A DNA stretch of 64,000 nucleotides from an uncultured Planctomycetaceae bacterium (GTDB lineage: Bacteria > Planctomycetota > Planctomycetia > Isosphaerales > Isosphaeraceae), in contig CAWIAD010000002.1 of assembly GCA_963833985.1 (NCBI GenBank), forward strand, positions 160,001-224,000. Reading direction: 5' to 3'. The notes beneath the pieces are model-generated. The model ran no database searches. It saw nothing but the letters and a program-made list of their open reading frames with translations, and had not been told where the DNA came from. A program made the position numbers and the translations under genes. Each line of letters begins with the position of its first letter. The stretch's first letter is position 1. Shown piece by piece: positions 52,914-63,450 of this stretch.

Positions 52914-53951
52914 ATGCACTCGCGAAAAGGCAAGCCCGGCTTCACGCTCATCGAGTTGCTCGTCGTGCTCGGGGTGGTCTCGCTGTTGCTGGCGATGCTG
53001 CTCCCCGCGGTGCAATCGGCGCGTGAGGCAGCGCGTCGCGCTCAATGCCAGAGCAACCTGCACCAGATAGGCCTGGCCCTGCACGCCTACGAGGCAGATT
53101 ACCAGTGCTTCCCCATCCTCAACACGAACGTGACGATTCGTACGAACGACCCGGAGGTACAGCTTCATCCTTACTCCGGCGAGTATTCCGCTCATTCCCG
53201 CCTGCTCCCGTATCTGGAACTTCGACCCCTCTACGATTCGGTTAATTTCCGCGCAGGAACAATTCCCACAGACATCTACGCGGCGTCCCTACCTGAGGCT
53301 GCCAATCTCTACGAGATCAACGCCACGGTGATCACCTCGCGAGTGACGACTTTTCTCTGTCCATCCGACCGAGGATCTCTTACTGCTTCGGGCACAAACT
53401 ACCGTTGCAACGTCGGCCTGGGTCCCGCGAACGACACGACCGCTGAATTCCGCGACAGCGACAACGGGCCCTTCATTCAGTGCGCTTGGAACGGGCTCGC
53501 GCGCCCCGCGACGGTCGTTGACGGACTGAGCCACACGGTGGCCGTCTCTGAGCGGCTGGTCGGGTCCGGGCAGGTCGGATATCCGCAACCGTCACGCGAC
53601 GTCTGGCCCATGACTCCAGGGCCGGTCTCGGCCGACCAGAACCTGCAAGCCTGTCTTACGGCGGCCCGCCCGAACGTGTCGCCGACGTTTGTCCTCACCG
53701 GGAAATGGTGGTTCTGGGACGGAAGGGAGTGGACCGAATACACCCATGCGCAGGCACCAAACGGACGGGTGCCGGATTGCCTTCAGCCGGCGATGCTCGG
53801 CTGCTTCGGGATGATCACGGCGCGAAGCTGGCACCACGGCGGTGTCCACGCCCTGATGGCGGACGGCTCGGTCAGGTTCGTCAGCGAGACGATCCAGTTG
53901 TCCGTCTGGCGCGCCCTGGGAACCCGCAATGGCGGTGAGGTCGTGGACTGA
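52914..53951 (+). CDS. DUF1559 prepilin-type N-terminal cleavage/methylation protein
   Basis: GFTLIELLVV..LLPAVQSAREAARRAQCQSNLHQIGLALH, FLCPSD, HHGGVHALMADGSVRF. Confidence 0.93.
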   Translation: MHSRKGKPGFTLIELLVVLGVVSLLLAMLLPAVQSAREAARRAQCQSNLHQIGLALHAYEADYQCFPILNTNVTIRTNDPEVQLHPYSGEYSAHSRLLPYLELRPLYDSVNFRAGTIPTDIYAASLPEAANLYEINATVITSRVTTFLCPSDRGSLTASGTNYRCNVGLGPANDTTAEFRDSDNGPFIQCAWNGLARPATVVDGLSHTVAVSERLVGSGQVGYPQPSRDVWPMTPGPVSADQNLQACLTAARPNVSPTFVLTGKWWFWDGREWTEYTHAQAPNGRVPDCLQPAMLGCFGMITARSWHHGGVHALMADGSVRFVSETIQLSVWRALGTRNGGEVVD

Positions 53952-54042
53952 CAGGTGGAGGGCTCGCTTTCTCACTCACCGTCGTCCATACTCCCTCGGT
54001 CGGGCTTGCGAGCAGCCTTCGTTCCGTCGTGGGGTGACTGCC

Positions 54043-55182
54043 ATGGTTCGTACCGTGATCTTCCTGGCTGTCTTCTCTCTTGGGGCGGATGCGCCGCCGA
54101 TCGACGGGCGGGCCCTCTTCGCACTCTTCGAGCGGCACCACGCGGCATTTCGCGACGTCTCACTCCGGTACGAATCGTCGCTGGCCTGGCTTCCGGCGGC
54201 TGGTGAAATGGCTGGGGAAGTTCGCCGGCTTCAGGGACTCTACGTGTACCGATTCGACGGCGCGACCCTGCGTGACGAGTTCGGGATTGGTGGGGCGGGG
54301 CGCCCCACTGCGCGGACCATCTCGACCGTTCTCAAGAATCGCCTGCACATCCTTGACGCGTCGCCCGACCTGACACCTGCCGTGAAGGACCGCGAGCCCG
54401 AGACCGGCCCTGGAGGTCCGGGCGTGCTCTCCGGCCCGAACAGTCCGGAACGGCTCATGCTCGACTATTACTATCCTACACTGGGCGATCCCGCAGAGCA
54501 TGACCTGAAGATCCTGGGGTGGGAAGATGTGGCTGGCCATCGCTGCCTGAAGGTTCACATGCTCCGCCAGCCGCGGCCGCTCCTGAAGGGCTGGGTGGGA
54601 CCGCTTCGCTACATCAAGCTCTGGGTCGACGTCGAGCGCGACGGCGTCCCTCTGCGATACGAGCTCTTGAGCGGAGACGACATCGAGGTTCGCGCCGAGG
54701 TTACCAAACTGGAGGCAGTCCGCCTTCCCTCGGGCCGCGCACTGTGGATGCCCGTCGCGGGGAAAGTATGGACCTTCTACAAGCAAACGGGTGCCCGGAT
54801 GTCCCTCATCAAGGAGCCGACGACCCTTGAGGAGATCGGCTTCCTGGTCGCGACAATCAAGTTCGACCAGAAGCTTCCTGACGGGTTCTTCTCGGTGAAG
54901 AAGCAGGCGCTGGTGAGCAGCGATGAGACGCTGCGGAAGCTCCAGCGCCAGCTCGACAGTGTGCCAAAACCGGTAGTGAAACGGCAGCCGGCCGACCCGC
55001 AGAGCAGGCAGAAGCGGCTTGATGATGCACTGGCCGATGCTGAGAGGCAGTCGAGCCGACTGGAAGCGTCCTCCGCCGCCCGTGCCGGCAGCGGATGGTT
55101 CGAGGTGCTCTACGGCAGCCTTGGGTTGGCCGGCATCGCTCTGGTTGCGGGAGCGGCCTTTTACCGGTGGAGATCGGGATGA
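54043..55182 (+). CDS. Exported hypothetical protein (possibly LolA-like fold) with C-terminal membrane anchor
   Basis: Signal-like N-terminus, GWEDVAGHRCLKV..KLWVDVERDG.P, and a C-terminal hydrophobic helix followed by basic residues. Confidence 0.65.
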   Translation: MVRTVIFLAVFSLGADAPPIDGRALFALFERHHAAFRDVSLRYESSLAWLPAAGEMAGEVRRLQGLYVYRFDGATLRDEFGIGGAGRPTARTISTVLKNRLHILDASPDLTPAVKDREPETGPGGPGVLSGPNSPERLMLDYYYPTLGDPAEHDLKILGWEDVAGHRCLKVHMLRQPRPLLKGWVGPLRYIKLWVDVERDGVPLRYELLSGDDIEVRAEVTKLEAVRLPSGRALWMPVAGKVWTFYKQTGARMSLIKEPTTLEEIGFLVATIKFDQKLPDGFFSVKKQALVSSDETLRKLQRQLDSVPKPVVKRQPADPQSRQKRLDDALADAERQSSRLEASSAARAGSGWFEVLYGSLGLAGIALVAGAAFYRWRSG

Positions 55183-55778
55183 CCGTCACCCTCCTCGTGG
55201 CTTGCCTTCTCGCCATCACACGTACCAGCGCAGACGAAGGCCACGACAGCAGTTCGCAACCGCCAACCTTCATCGATTGCGGAACTTCCGCTCTTTACCA
55301 CCTTCTCCGCGTCGAGGGCGTCACGGCGGATCTTGATCGACTGGAGAGCGTCCTGGGTCCGGCCACGTCGTCAGGCCACTCCCTCGTCGAGCTACGCACC
55401 GCAGCGTACCGACTGGGTCTCACGCTTGACGCAGCGCTTATCTCGAAAGCCCATGGATCCATCGACCGCCCGCTCATTGCTTTCGTCAATCGCGGCTCCG
55501 AAGGTCACTACATTCTTGTGAGGCCCGTCGGCCACACAGGACAACTGGTACAAGTACTTGAAGGCGAAAGCGAGCCCAGAGTCATTGATGAGGATCAGCT
55601 GCTGGCACTCCCCGGCTGGACCGGGATTGCACTTGCCCCTCGCAGGCGCGGCGTCTTGCGTCTGCTCGCTACGCTTGGAGGCATCTGTCTGTCGTGCGCG
55701 GCGCTGTTGCGGCTAGCGTTGGTCACCAAGACTCGGCGGAAGGCGAAGCGCGACGCTCAGTCGACCCACACCGTTTAA
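55179..55778 (+). CDS. Peptidase C39-like domain protein
   Basis: Catalytic Cys in DCGTSALY, GHSLVEL, His in GHYILV, and a C-terminal TM helix. ATGA overlap with the upstream gene. Confidence 0.75.
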   Translation: MTVTLLVACLLAITRTSADEGHDSSSQPPTFIDCGTSALYHLLRVEGVTADLDRLESVLGPATSSGHSLVELRTAAYRLGLTLDAALISKAHGSIDRPLIAFVNRGSEGHYILVRPVGHTGQLVQVLEGESEPRVIDEDQLLALPGWTGIALAPRRRGVLRLLATLGGICLSCAALLRLALVTKTRRKAKRDAQSTHTV

Positions 55779-55910
55779 GTGCCGGGCCTGACTACACCGT
55801 CCGGGCGCGAGCTCGCGCGATCCTCCGGCACTGCGTCAGGAGCGAGCAACGAGGCGTTGGGCATCGGTATCTCCGGCTGCCGATTCGTATCGGTTACCGG
55901 AGCCTTATCT

Positions 55911-56079
55911 TCGATGAAGATAAACTTCGACGAGTACGACCGGGTGGACGACTTCGAGCTCAACGAGATCCTCTGGCGCGCCATCAAGGGTAGGGACGCC
56001 CCCGTCCCTCCCGCCGTGCGCCGGGCCATCGCGTACCGGTCGCTGCCTCCCGCGGGAAGCGATGGAATGCGATGAGCCG
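55911..56079 (+). repeat. 169-bp direct repeat of the phosphoesterase 3' end (52695-52863)
   Basis: 15 mismatches by my count. Encodes MK.(D/N)FDEYDRVDDF.LNEILWRAIKG.DAPVPPAVRRAIAYRSLP.AGSD.MR*. Confidence 0.92.
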
Positions 56080-56117
56080 TTCTCCGCGGCAACCCCACGT
56101 CTGGCGTCGATCATGAG

Positions 56118-56381
56118 ATGACTGCCATGGTTCAAGTCGCGATCCTGCTGGCCATGTCTTCCCTTCGCGCGGAGGATCCACCGATCGACGGACGGGCTTT
56201 CTTCGCTGGCAGCGAGCGACGAGACGATGCGGACGCTCCAGCGCCAGCTCGACAGCCTCCTCAGGCGAAACTGAAGCAACAGCCGACCGACCGACGGAGC
56301 AGGCCGAAGCGTCTTGACGCGCAGCGTGCCAAGGCGGCATCATCCGACCCACCGCCTGGACGATCCGGCGGCAATGGGTGA
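56118..56381 (+). pseudogene. Internally deleted paralog of the 54043-55182 gene
   Basis: MVQVAILLAMSSLRAEDPPIDGRAFFA matches MVRTVIFLAVFSLGADAPPIDGRALFA, and is then joined directly to sequence matching ~54915-55025. Confidence 0.75.
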
Positions 56382-56394
56382 TGGGAAGGTGTAA

Positions 56395-57316
56395 GAGGGA
56401 GTTCGGAAACTTGGGTGGGCTGGACAGATTTTCTGAATTGAGCAGAATCTTCTCAGGGGAAGGGTAGTCATCGAACAAGGGCGGAGCCCGATCATGGACG
56501 AGCGCACGGCGCGGAAGGCGTATGAGAGCGATCTTACTGACGAAGAGTGGAGGATTGTCGAACCGCTCCTTCCTGCAGGGAAGTTCGGCGGCCGGCCGCG
56601 CACTACAAACATCCGCGAGGTGCTCAATGCGGTCTTCTACTTGTTGCGAACCGGATGCGCCTGGCGACTCTTGCCCCACGACTTTCCACCGGCGGGCACA
56701 GTCTACGATTACTTTCGAGCGTGGTCCCGTGACGGAACTCTCCAACGAGTTCACGACATTCTTCGTCGACGGGTTCGTGTTGCAGCGGGCCGAAACGAGG
56801 AGCCCAGCGCGGCGTGCATTGACAGCCAATCGGCAAAGACAAACGAGCAAGGGGGGATCGATGGATACGATGCCGGGAAGAAGATCATGGGGCGCAAGCG
56901 TCACATCCTGGTGGACACCATGGGGCTGATTCTGGCTGTGGTCGTTCATTCGGCAGGTATCCAGGATCGGGACGGGGCGAAGGCAGTTTTCGATGCGATC
57001 AGGAACGACCTGCCACGGCTGCAGTTGGTCTGGGCCGACGGCGGCTACGCAGGCAAATTGGTGGAGTGGGTCAAGAGCGAGTGTGGTTGGGTCCTGGAGA
57101 TCGTGAAACGAACGGACGACGTCAAGGGTTTTAAGCTCCTGCCCCACCGCTGGGTCGTGGAGCGAACCTTCGCCTGGTTGGGACGGTTTCGCCGAATGAG
57201 CAAGGATTATGAGTTCCATCCAGAAACGTCAGCGTCAATGATTCATCTTGCTATGATCAACATTATGGTGCGTCGGCTTGCTGCTGCCTAAACCGCGCAA
57301 CTTTCCAAACTCCCTC
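56395..57316 (+). mobile_element. Complete IS5-family (IS1031-like) element (922 bp)
   Basis: Terminal IRs GAGGGAGTTCGGAAA / TTTCCAAACTCCCTC (1 mismatch) and a TAA target duplication at 56392-56394 and 57317-57319. Confidence 0.93.
56494..57291 (+). CDS. IS5 family transposase
   Basis: Motifs [44 protein letters not shown]. Confidence 0.95.
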   Translation: MDERTARKAYESDLTDEEWRIVEPLLPAGKFGGRPRTTNIREVLNAVFYLLRTGCAWRLLPHDFPPAGTVYDYFRAWSRDGTLQRVHDILRRRVRVAAGRNEEPSAACIDSQSAKTNEQGGIDGYDAGKKIMGRKRHILVDTMGLILAVVVHSAGIQDRDGAKAVFDAIRNDLPRLQLVWADGGYAGKLVEWVKSECGWVLEIVKRTDDVKGFKLLPHRWVVERTFAWLGRFRRMSKDYEFHPETSASMIHLAMINIMVRRLAAA

Positions 57317-57409
57317 TAAGGCGTCGGGTGTTTCCGACACCTCATCCCCGGACCTGCTGCGCCTCTTGATGTCCGTCCAGCAATCCCAAGGCCAGGAAGC
57401 GCAAGGATC

Positions 57410-57961
57410 ATGACCACGACAGAGCACGGGATCCGGGCACGACTGGCGGCCGAAATGAGGACCATGCTCGTGGTCTTCGCGTACCTGGCCACATTTCTGG
57501 GGGCCCTCACGCTCTATCGCCGGCTGGTTCTCGACGCCTACCAGATCAATTACTTCCACTATGGTTACAGCCTCGTCGAGGCGCTCATCCTCGCCAAGGT
57601 CATCGTCTTCGGGAGTGCTCTCGGGATCGGGGAGCGGTTCCGTGGCCGCCCGCTCATCATCCCGACGCTCTACAAGACGGTCTGTTTCAGTCTGCTGGTG
57701 CTGGCGTTCTCGATCCTGGAGCACCTCATCGAGGGCTGGATCCATGGGAAAACCACCCGCACCGCCTGGGACGCCCTGCTCGACCAGGGAGTCTGGGAGA
57801 TCCTGGCCCGCGCCCTCGTGATCCTCCTGGCGTTCGTGCCCATGTTCGCCGTCTGGGAAACTGGCCGCGCGCTGGGCGACGGCGTGCTGCTCGAACTGTT
57901 CTTCAGGCGAGGAACAGGAAAGCAACCCCAGCCACGCACCCAGGTGGAATCAAGGGAATAA
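57410..57961 (+). CDS. Hypothetical integral membrane protein
   Basis: Four hydrophobic segments, ALILAKVI motif, AAGGA RBS. Confidence 0.7.
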   Translation: MTTTEHGIRARLAAEMRTMLVVFAYLATFLGALTLYRRLVLDAYQINYFHYGYSLVEALILAKVIVFGSALGIGERFRGRPLIIPTLYKTVCFSLLVLAFSILEHLIEGWIHGKTTRTAWDALLDQGVWEILARALVILLAFVPMFAVWETGRALGDGVLLELFFRRGTGKQPQPRTQVESRE

Positions 57962-58098
57962 GGTCTCGTGACTGGAAGTCTCGTGAATTCCCCGAAGATC
58001 GGCCATACTCGGTTCCTGGTAACTTATTGACTTCCACTTCGCTGTTCATTCGCGGCTGGCGGTTTGCCGTTCTTCCTCCGTTTGAAATGAGGTTCGTG

Positions 58099-59411
58099 AT
58101 GCGACGATGGTCTACCTTTCTGCTGGCGTTGATAGCGTTCGTGAGGGGACAGGTCTTCTGCCATGGCGAGGAACCGAAGCCGACGACCACGGCGCTCAGG
58201 GCTGCCCGGCTGTTTGATGGCAAGTCAGACCAGCTCGTACAAAACGGCGTCGTCATCGTGCAGGGGAAGAAGATCGTCGCGGCCGGCGCTGGGGTTCCGA
58301 TCCCGGAGGGGGCACGAGTGATTGATCTGGGCGATGCCACGCTCTTGCCGGGCTTCATCGACGCCCACACGCACCTCACCGGCGAGTACAACGACGACTG
58401 GAATCAGGCATTCGTGAACGGATTTCGCCGCGAGGTCGCCGAGCGGGCCATCGGCGCCGCGGTCAACGCCCGGGCGGTGGTCGAAGCAGGTTTCACCACG
58501 GTGCGCGACGTGGGTTCCGAGGATTATCTCGACGTCGGCCTGCGCAACAGCATCAACCGCGGGCTCGTTCCCGGCCCGCGAATGCTCGTGGCCGTGCACG
58601 CCCTGGGCTCGCCGGGGGACATGCCGACCAGAGTGGCATTCGCCATGATCTGCTCAAAGAAAATGGCCCGGCCGAGGGGATCGCTCATGGGCCCGAGGGC
58701 TTCCGCGAGGCGGTCCGCTTCCAGGTCAAGTACGGGGCCGACGTGATCAAGTTCTGCGCATCGGGCGGAGTGCTGTCGCTGGCCGACAAGGTGGACACGC
58801 CGCAACTGACCCTCGAGGAGATGACCGCACTGGTCGACGAGGCCCACCGGCTGCGGAAGAAGGTCGCCGCGCATTGCCATGGCAACCACGCCGCACAGGA
58901 GGCCATTCGGGCCGGGGTCGACTCCATCGAGCACGGCTCGTTCCTCACCGAGGAGACCCTCCTGATGATGAAGGAGCGTGGGACCCATCTCGTGCCGACG
59001 CTGCTCGCGGGGAACTGGGCCGGGAAACGCCTCGACAAGTTCCCTCCCGAGATCGCGGCCAAGGGGAAAGCGGCGCTTGCGGCATCCACTCAGATGTTCA
59101 GAAATGCCGTGCGCCTGGGGGTGAAGATCGGCTTCGGCACCGACTCGGCCGTCTCTCCCCACGGTGTCAACGCCAGGGAGTTCACCCTCATGACGGGCCT
59201 GGGCATGGCACCGATCGCGGCGCTCAGGGCGGCAACCTCGGTCGATGCGGAGCTTCTCGGCATCGCGGCGAAGGCCGGTACGCTCGAGCCCGGCAAGCTC
59301 GCCGACGTCGTGGCGGTTCCCGGTGACCCGACCGTCGACATCGCCGCAACCGAACGCGTCTGTTTTGTCATGAAGGAAGGCAAGATCCTCAAGGAGACGA
59401 AGAAACCGTGA
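58099..59411 (+). CDS. Metal-dependent amidohydrolase (Xaa-Pro dipeptidase-like); frameshift near 58612
   Basis: TLLPGFIDAHTH and GFTTVRDVG in the first frame; IKFCASGG, AAHCHG, SIEHG, GTDS and GKLADVV in the second. Confidence 0.88.
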
Positions 59412-59448
59412 GTGAATGGCGTTCACGGCCCCACATCCGAGTGCTTGT

Positions 59449-60462
59449 TTAAAGTACCCGGTCCACCGCCTCGGCGATCCGGCGGCACTGGGTCATGAGC
59501 TGGGCGAAGGCGGCCGGGGTGATCGACTGGGCACCGTCGCTGACGGCGTGCTCGGGGTCGTCGTGCACCTCGAGAATCAGGGCGTCGGCGCCGGCAGCGA
59601 TCGCCGCGCACGACATCGGGATCACCAGCTTTGATTTGCCGGTGCCGTGCGATGGATCGACGACCACGGGCAGGTGGCTCTTGTCGTGCAGGAACGGCAC
59701 GGTGGCCAGCGGCAGCGTGAACCGCGTGTGGTCCTCGAAGGTGCGCACCCCGCGCTCGCAGAGCATCACGTGGGGGTTGCCCCGGTCCAGGATGTACTCG
59801 GCGGCCAGCAAGAACTCCTCCAGGGTCGCGCTCATGCCGCGTTTCAGCATGGCCGGCTTGCCGGAATCGCCCACGGCCTGGAGCAGTTGATAGTTCTGCA
59901 TGTTGCGGGCACCAATCTGGAGCACGTCGGCGTACTCCGCCACCATGGGCACGTGCTCCGGCGCCATGACTTCGGTGACGATCGCCAGGCCGGTCTCGCT
60001 CCGCGCGGTGGCCAGCATCTTCAGGCCCTGCTCCTTGTGGCCCTGGAAGCTGTACGGGCTGGTGCGCGGCTTGAAGGCACCCCCGCGCAGCCCGGTCGCC
60101 CCCAGTTCCTTGAGCCTGCGTGCCAGCGCCACGATCTGCTCCTCGCTCTCCACCGAGCAAGGGCCGGCGATGACCGCGATCCGTGTCCCACCCACCTCCA
60201 GCCCGTGCGATTTGACGACGGTGCGATCACGCTTCAGCTCGGAGGATGCGCGCTTGTAGGGAGCCATGATCGGCAAGACCTTCTCGACTCCCTCGCCCGG
60301 CTCGAGCGCCTCGATGAGCCCGCTGCGCTCCTCGCCGAGCGCGGCGATGACCGTCTGGTGCTTGCCGTGGATGACCTGCGGCGTCAGCCCGAGCATCGTG
60401 ATATGCTGCGCCATGTGATCTATCTGATCCATCGTCGCGTCTGGTTTCATGACAACGATCAC
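59449..60462 (-). CDS. aroF: 3-deoxy-7-phosphoheptulonate (DAHP) synthase, class I-beta with N-terminal regulatory domain
   Basis: Motifs [44 protein letters not shown] start after AAGGGGGG. Confidence 0.95.
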   Translation of the reverse strand: MIVVMKPDATMDQIDHMAQHITMLGLTPQVIHGKHQTVIAALGEERSGLIEALEPGEGVEKVLPIMAPYKRASSELKRDRTVVKSHGLEVGGTRIAVIAGPCSVESEEQIVALARRLKELGATGLRGGAFKPRTSPYSFQGHKEQGLKMLATARSETGLAIVTEVMAPEHVPMVAEYADVLQIGARNMQNYQLLQAVGDSGKPAMLKRGMSATLEEFLLAAEYILDRGNPHVMLCERGVRTFEDHTRFTLPLATVPFLHDKSHLPVVVDPSHGTGKSKLVIPMSCAAIAAGADALILEVHDDPEHAVSDGAQSITPAAFAQLMTQCRRIAEAVDRVL

Positions 60463-60487
60463 GGTGGTCCGCCCCCCCTTTCGAATG

Positions 60488-60525
60488 AAAAAAAGCCCCG
60501 GGACCTGATCGGCAGGTTCCGGGGC
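60488..60525 (-). terminator. Intrinsic terminator (attenuator) in the aroF leader
   Basis: GCCCCGGAACCTG-CCGAT-CAGGTCCCGGGGC-T7, ending about 25 nt before the aroF start. Confidence 0.9.
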
Positions 60526-60557
60526 CTGAGTTGTCTGCTTGCGAAGTCTTGCGTCGG

Positions 60558-60677
60558 TCAGGTAGACGCTCCGCCTTTTGCCCGGAATCGAGTTGTGAAC
60601 CTGGTAAACGCCCAGGACCGCCACCAGCCGCGGCGGGTACTCGAGGACCAGGAATACGCGGGAGCCGAACGAGACAC
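60558..60677 (-). CDS. Aromatic-amino-acid-rich leader peptide (39 aa)
   Basis: AGAGG RBS + GTG. Peptide [39 protein letters not shown] has 4 W including WW, 3 F and 1 Y. Confidence 0.8.
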   Translation of the reverse strand: MSRSAPAYSWSSSTRRGWWRSWAFTRFTTRFRAKGGAST

Positions 60678-61080
60678 CGGGAACCTCTGATGCACGACCA
60701 ATCGGATGAGAAACACACGAGTCTCGTTGAAACGGCCGGGCCTGGAGCAAGAACGCAACAGGCCCGGTCGAACCAAACCGTAAGGTATGGTCAAGAGTGC
60801 GGCTGCCCGACGGGCAACCCGTCGGCTGCCGTTAGGCGAGCCGCCCCTGGTTATCACTACACACGCGATCACCTCCTTTCGTTCTAGCCACCCCGATCCC
60901 GCGGGAGTCCAGCCTCGGGCAGTCTCGGGCTCTAGTCCGTCGTGCCACGGTAGCACGACCCGAAAGTCGACCGAGCGTGTGTGGAGCTCGGAACGACACT
61001 TTTACTTTATCCGCCCATCCCTCGGCGATCAACGGTCTAGTGCCGCAACGCCCTGGCGAACTGGACAGACGAGCCGGGAA

Positions 61081-61692
61081 TCAGGAACTGCTTGAACGGC
61101 TGTCCCCGTCTCCCTCGATTTCCAGGAGTGCCAGACGGCATTGTCCCGCCAGCCGAAGCAGGCGATCGTCTGCCGGTTCTCCCGCACAGCAGGCGATTGC
61201 GGCCCGGTAATACCAGAGAACCTGCTCGCGATCGGCGTGAAACTCGGACCAGACGGGCTGGCCGGCGCGGAGGTCGGCCGCAATCGAGATCAGGTTGTGC
61301 AGCTTGTCGGCGAGGATCACGGCATGTGCTTCCCGAGGAGCGTTTTTCAGGGCCGCGAGATGGTCGCGCTTGCGGTCCAGCCAGGGACGCTTCCGGCCCG
61401 CGGCATCGGTCTTGACCTCCGAGCAGAAGGCGACGATGCCGGACACGAGGCTCCCAAACTGCGCGTCGATCTCGGCGAGGGTGACCCCCGTGTCTTCCAC
61501 CAGATCATGGAAGAGGCCGGCGATGACCACGTCTTCCTCGTAACCGGAGCGCTCCAGGATCCAGCCCACGGCGACGACGTGCTGCACGTAGGGCACACCG
61601 CTGGTGCGCCGGAGTTGCCCTTGATGGCCAACCGCGGCCAGGCGGAGCGCCCGCTCGAACCGATCGCTGAGCAGGGGCTGCGACGCGTGCAA
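61081..61692 (-). CDS. HD-domain protein, small alarmone hydrolase (SpoT/Mesh1-like)
   Basis: H.GQLRRTSGVPYVQH, AGLFHDLVEDT, LADKLHN. TTG start inferred. Confidence 0.82.
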   Translation of the reverse strand: MHASQPLLSDRFERALRLAAVGHQGQLRRTSGVPYVQHVVAVGWILERSGYEEDVVIAGLFHDLVEDTGVTLAEIDAQFGSLVSGIVAFCSEVKTDAAGRKRPWLDRKRDHLAALKNAPREAHAVILADKLHNLISIAADLRAGQPVWSEFHADREQVLWYYRAAIACCAGEPADDRLLRLAGQCRLALLEIEGDGDSRSSSS

Positions 61693-61876
61693 TGGGCAAC
61701 ACCTACGTGAAGCCGCATGCCCTGTTACCCGGGCAGGCTGGAACGAAAGTGGAGGCCAGAAAAGGAGCTCCCCTCCGCTGGGCCGAATCAGACGGAGGGG
61801 AGACATCCTGAGGATGATTCAAGGGCAGTGGAGTGAATCGGCCTTCGCCGCGATTGCCGGGCTCACCACGGGGTAT

Positions 61877-62715
61877 TCAGACGGCGGCACTCACCGATTG
61901 CAGGTGCCGGCGGACCTGGCGGACCACATCGGCGGTATGGGTAAGGAAGGCGATATGCCCGGCACCGTCGAGCACGTTGAGCTGCGCGCCGGGATCGACC
62001 CGGCCAGCTTCTTCTGCCGGGCCGCCGGGATGATGGCATCTCTGGAACCGGCAAGCACGAGCGTCGGCACATCGATCTGCCAGAGCCGATCCGTGATGTC
62101 AAAGGCCTCGAGCTGGGCCAATCGATTTGCCATCACGCGCTGGCTGGTTTCCCAGATTCGTTCCACCACGAAATCGACCAGGGGCCCCGGCTCGGGCCTG
62201 GCCCCGTGCAGCAAGTTGAAGAACTGGTTCAAGAACCGGTTGTCCGCCGGCAAGGGAAAGCGTTCCAGCACGCGCCGCGCGATGGACGACCCGATGGTGC
62301 TGCCGAAGCTTGCATCGGCTCCCTGCACGATCAGGGACCCCAGGCTGGCGGGATGATCGACCGCGAGCTGGAGAGCCACGGCACCGCCAAATGAGACTCC
62401 GAACACCGCGGGCCTTTCCAGCCCCAGGCATTCAATCAACGAGGCAAGGTCGCTGGCATGGCCGGCAAGACTCCAGACCTCGCTCTTCTCAACGACCGGG
62501 CTGGATCCCAGAATGCCGTCGCCGCGAAGACCGAACGTGATCACCTCGAAGCGACGCGCCAGACGCCGCGCCAGCGGCATCAACAGCCGCCAGCCACCCG
62601 CCAGACCCGGAACCAGCACCAAGGGCTGGCCCTTGCCAAGACGAACCACATCGATGAGCTCATCGCCGATCCGTGCGCGCGAGAACCTGCCGCCGTCGAA
62701 AAATGGGAGCGTCAT
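61877..62715 (-). CDS. Alpha/beta hydrolase; frameshift near 61990
   Basis: VLVPGLAG, nucleophile GVSFGG, GSRDAII. The catalytic His (DGAGHIAF) is in the shifted frame ending at 61877. Confidence 0.85.
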
Positions 62716-63450
62716 CGACCATGGATTCCGCCACTTCGCTGCTAACCTCATGTTGTTTCCTCGGAGCGAGCATCCGTCCCGGATTATCCTGGTGCTTTTC
62801 CATCGCAGCTTCCGAAAACTGCCCGACCAAAGCCTGCGATCGGCAGTTAAGAGACAGGATGAGAGAGCAGTTCACATGCCGATCATGAAAGTAGCCTAAG
62901 CCCTCGTTTTCATGCGCCACGCCGATCCCACGACCCGTGTGGCGTTGTGGCGACACCCGAGGGCGGCGCACGATTCTGAGCGCCGAAAGCTCGACAATTC
63001 GTTGCACCCGCTGAGATGACAGCCTGTATTATTCCTGTGAATTGCCCATTTTGTAGCATTGGTTCCGTAAAATGGGGGATATAAGTCAATTCGGTCGATT
63101 CGAGGAAGGAAATGAGGAGGCACGGTATGTTTCGGCCATAACCGTCACCATATCTTGTCGAAACGGCGGCCCGGCCTTCTCGCTAGCGAGACTTCGTCAG
63201 CGAGGGCTTGCCTTTCGGCGCCGATTCGTTAACCTGGGAAAGTCGGACAGCAAGGCAAAGCGCCTGAAACCGCGACGAACCGCGTTTCGGGCTTGCTCGC
63301 TCCTTGATGGGCCGTGGAAGAGCGCCAATCACCTTGGAACAGCACCCTCCAACCAACGTGGACCCGAAGGCTTTGCCCTGGCGAGGCCGCCTGGCCAGGC
63401 TTGCGCCCTCGTCCGGGTCGCTGCTTGGCGAAGGGAGGCTGCACGCCACC

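Noticed and set aside
55911..56079. DGR template/variable repeat pair with 52695-52863
   Set aside because: The mismatches are not adenine-specific (mostly third-position G/C changes) and no RT is present.
16680..62000. Programmed frameshifting or mass pseudogenisation in the FG-GAP protein, esterase, kinase 1, TIGR03032, amidohydrolase and hydrolase genes
   Set aside because: These are single indels, mostly in G/C runs, with otherwise intact catalytic motifs and no slippery heptamers. Long-read errors are the simpler explanation.
63240..63300. c-di-GMP-I riboswitch (GGCAAA..GAAA..GACG)
   Set aside because: The stem around the GAAA loop does not pair as required and the GCAAAG/P3 elements are missing.
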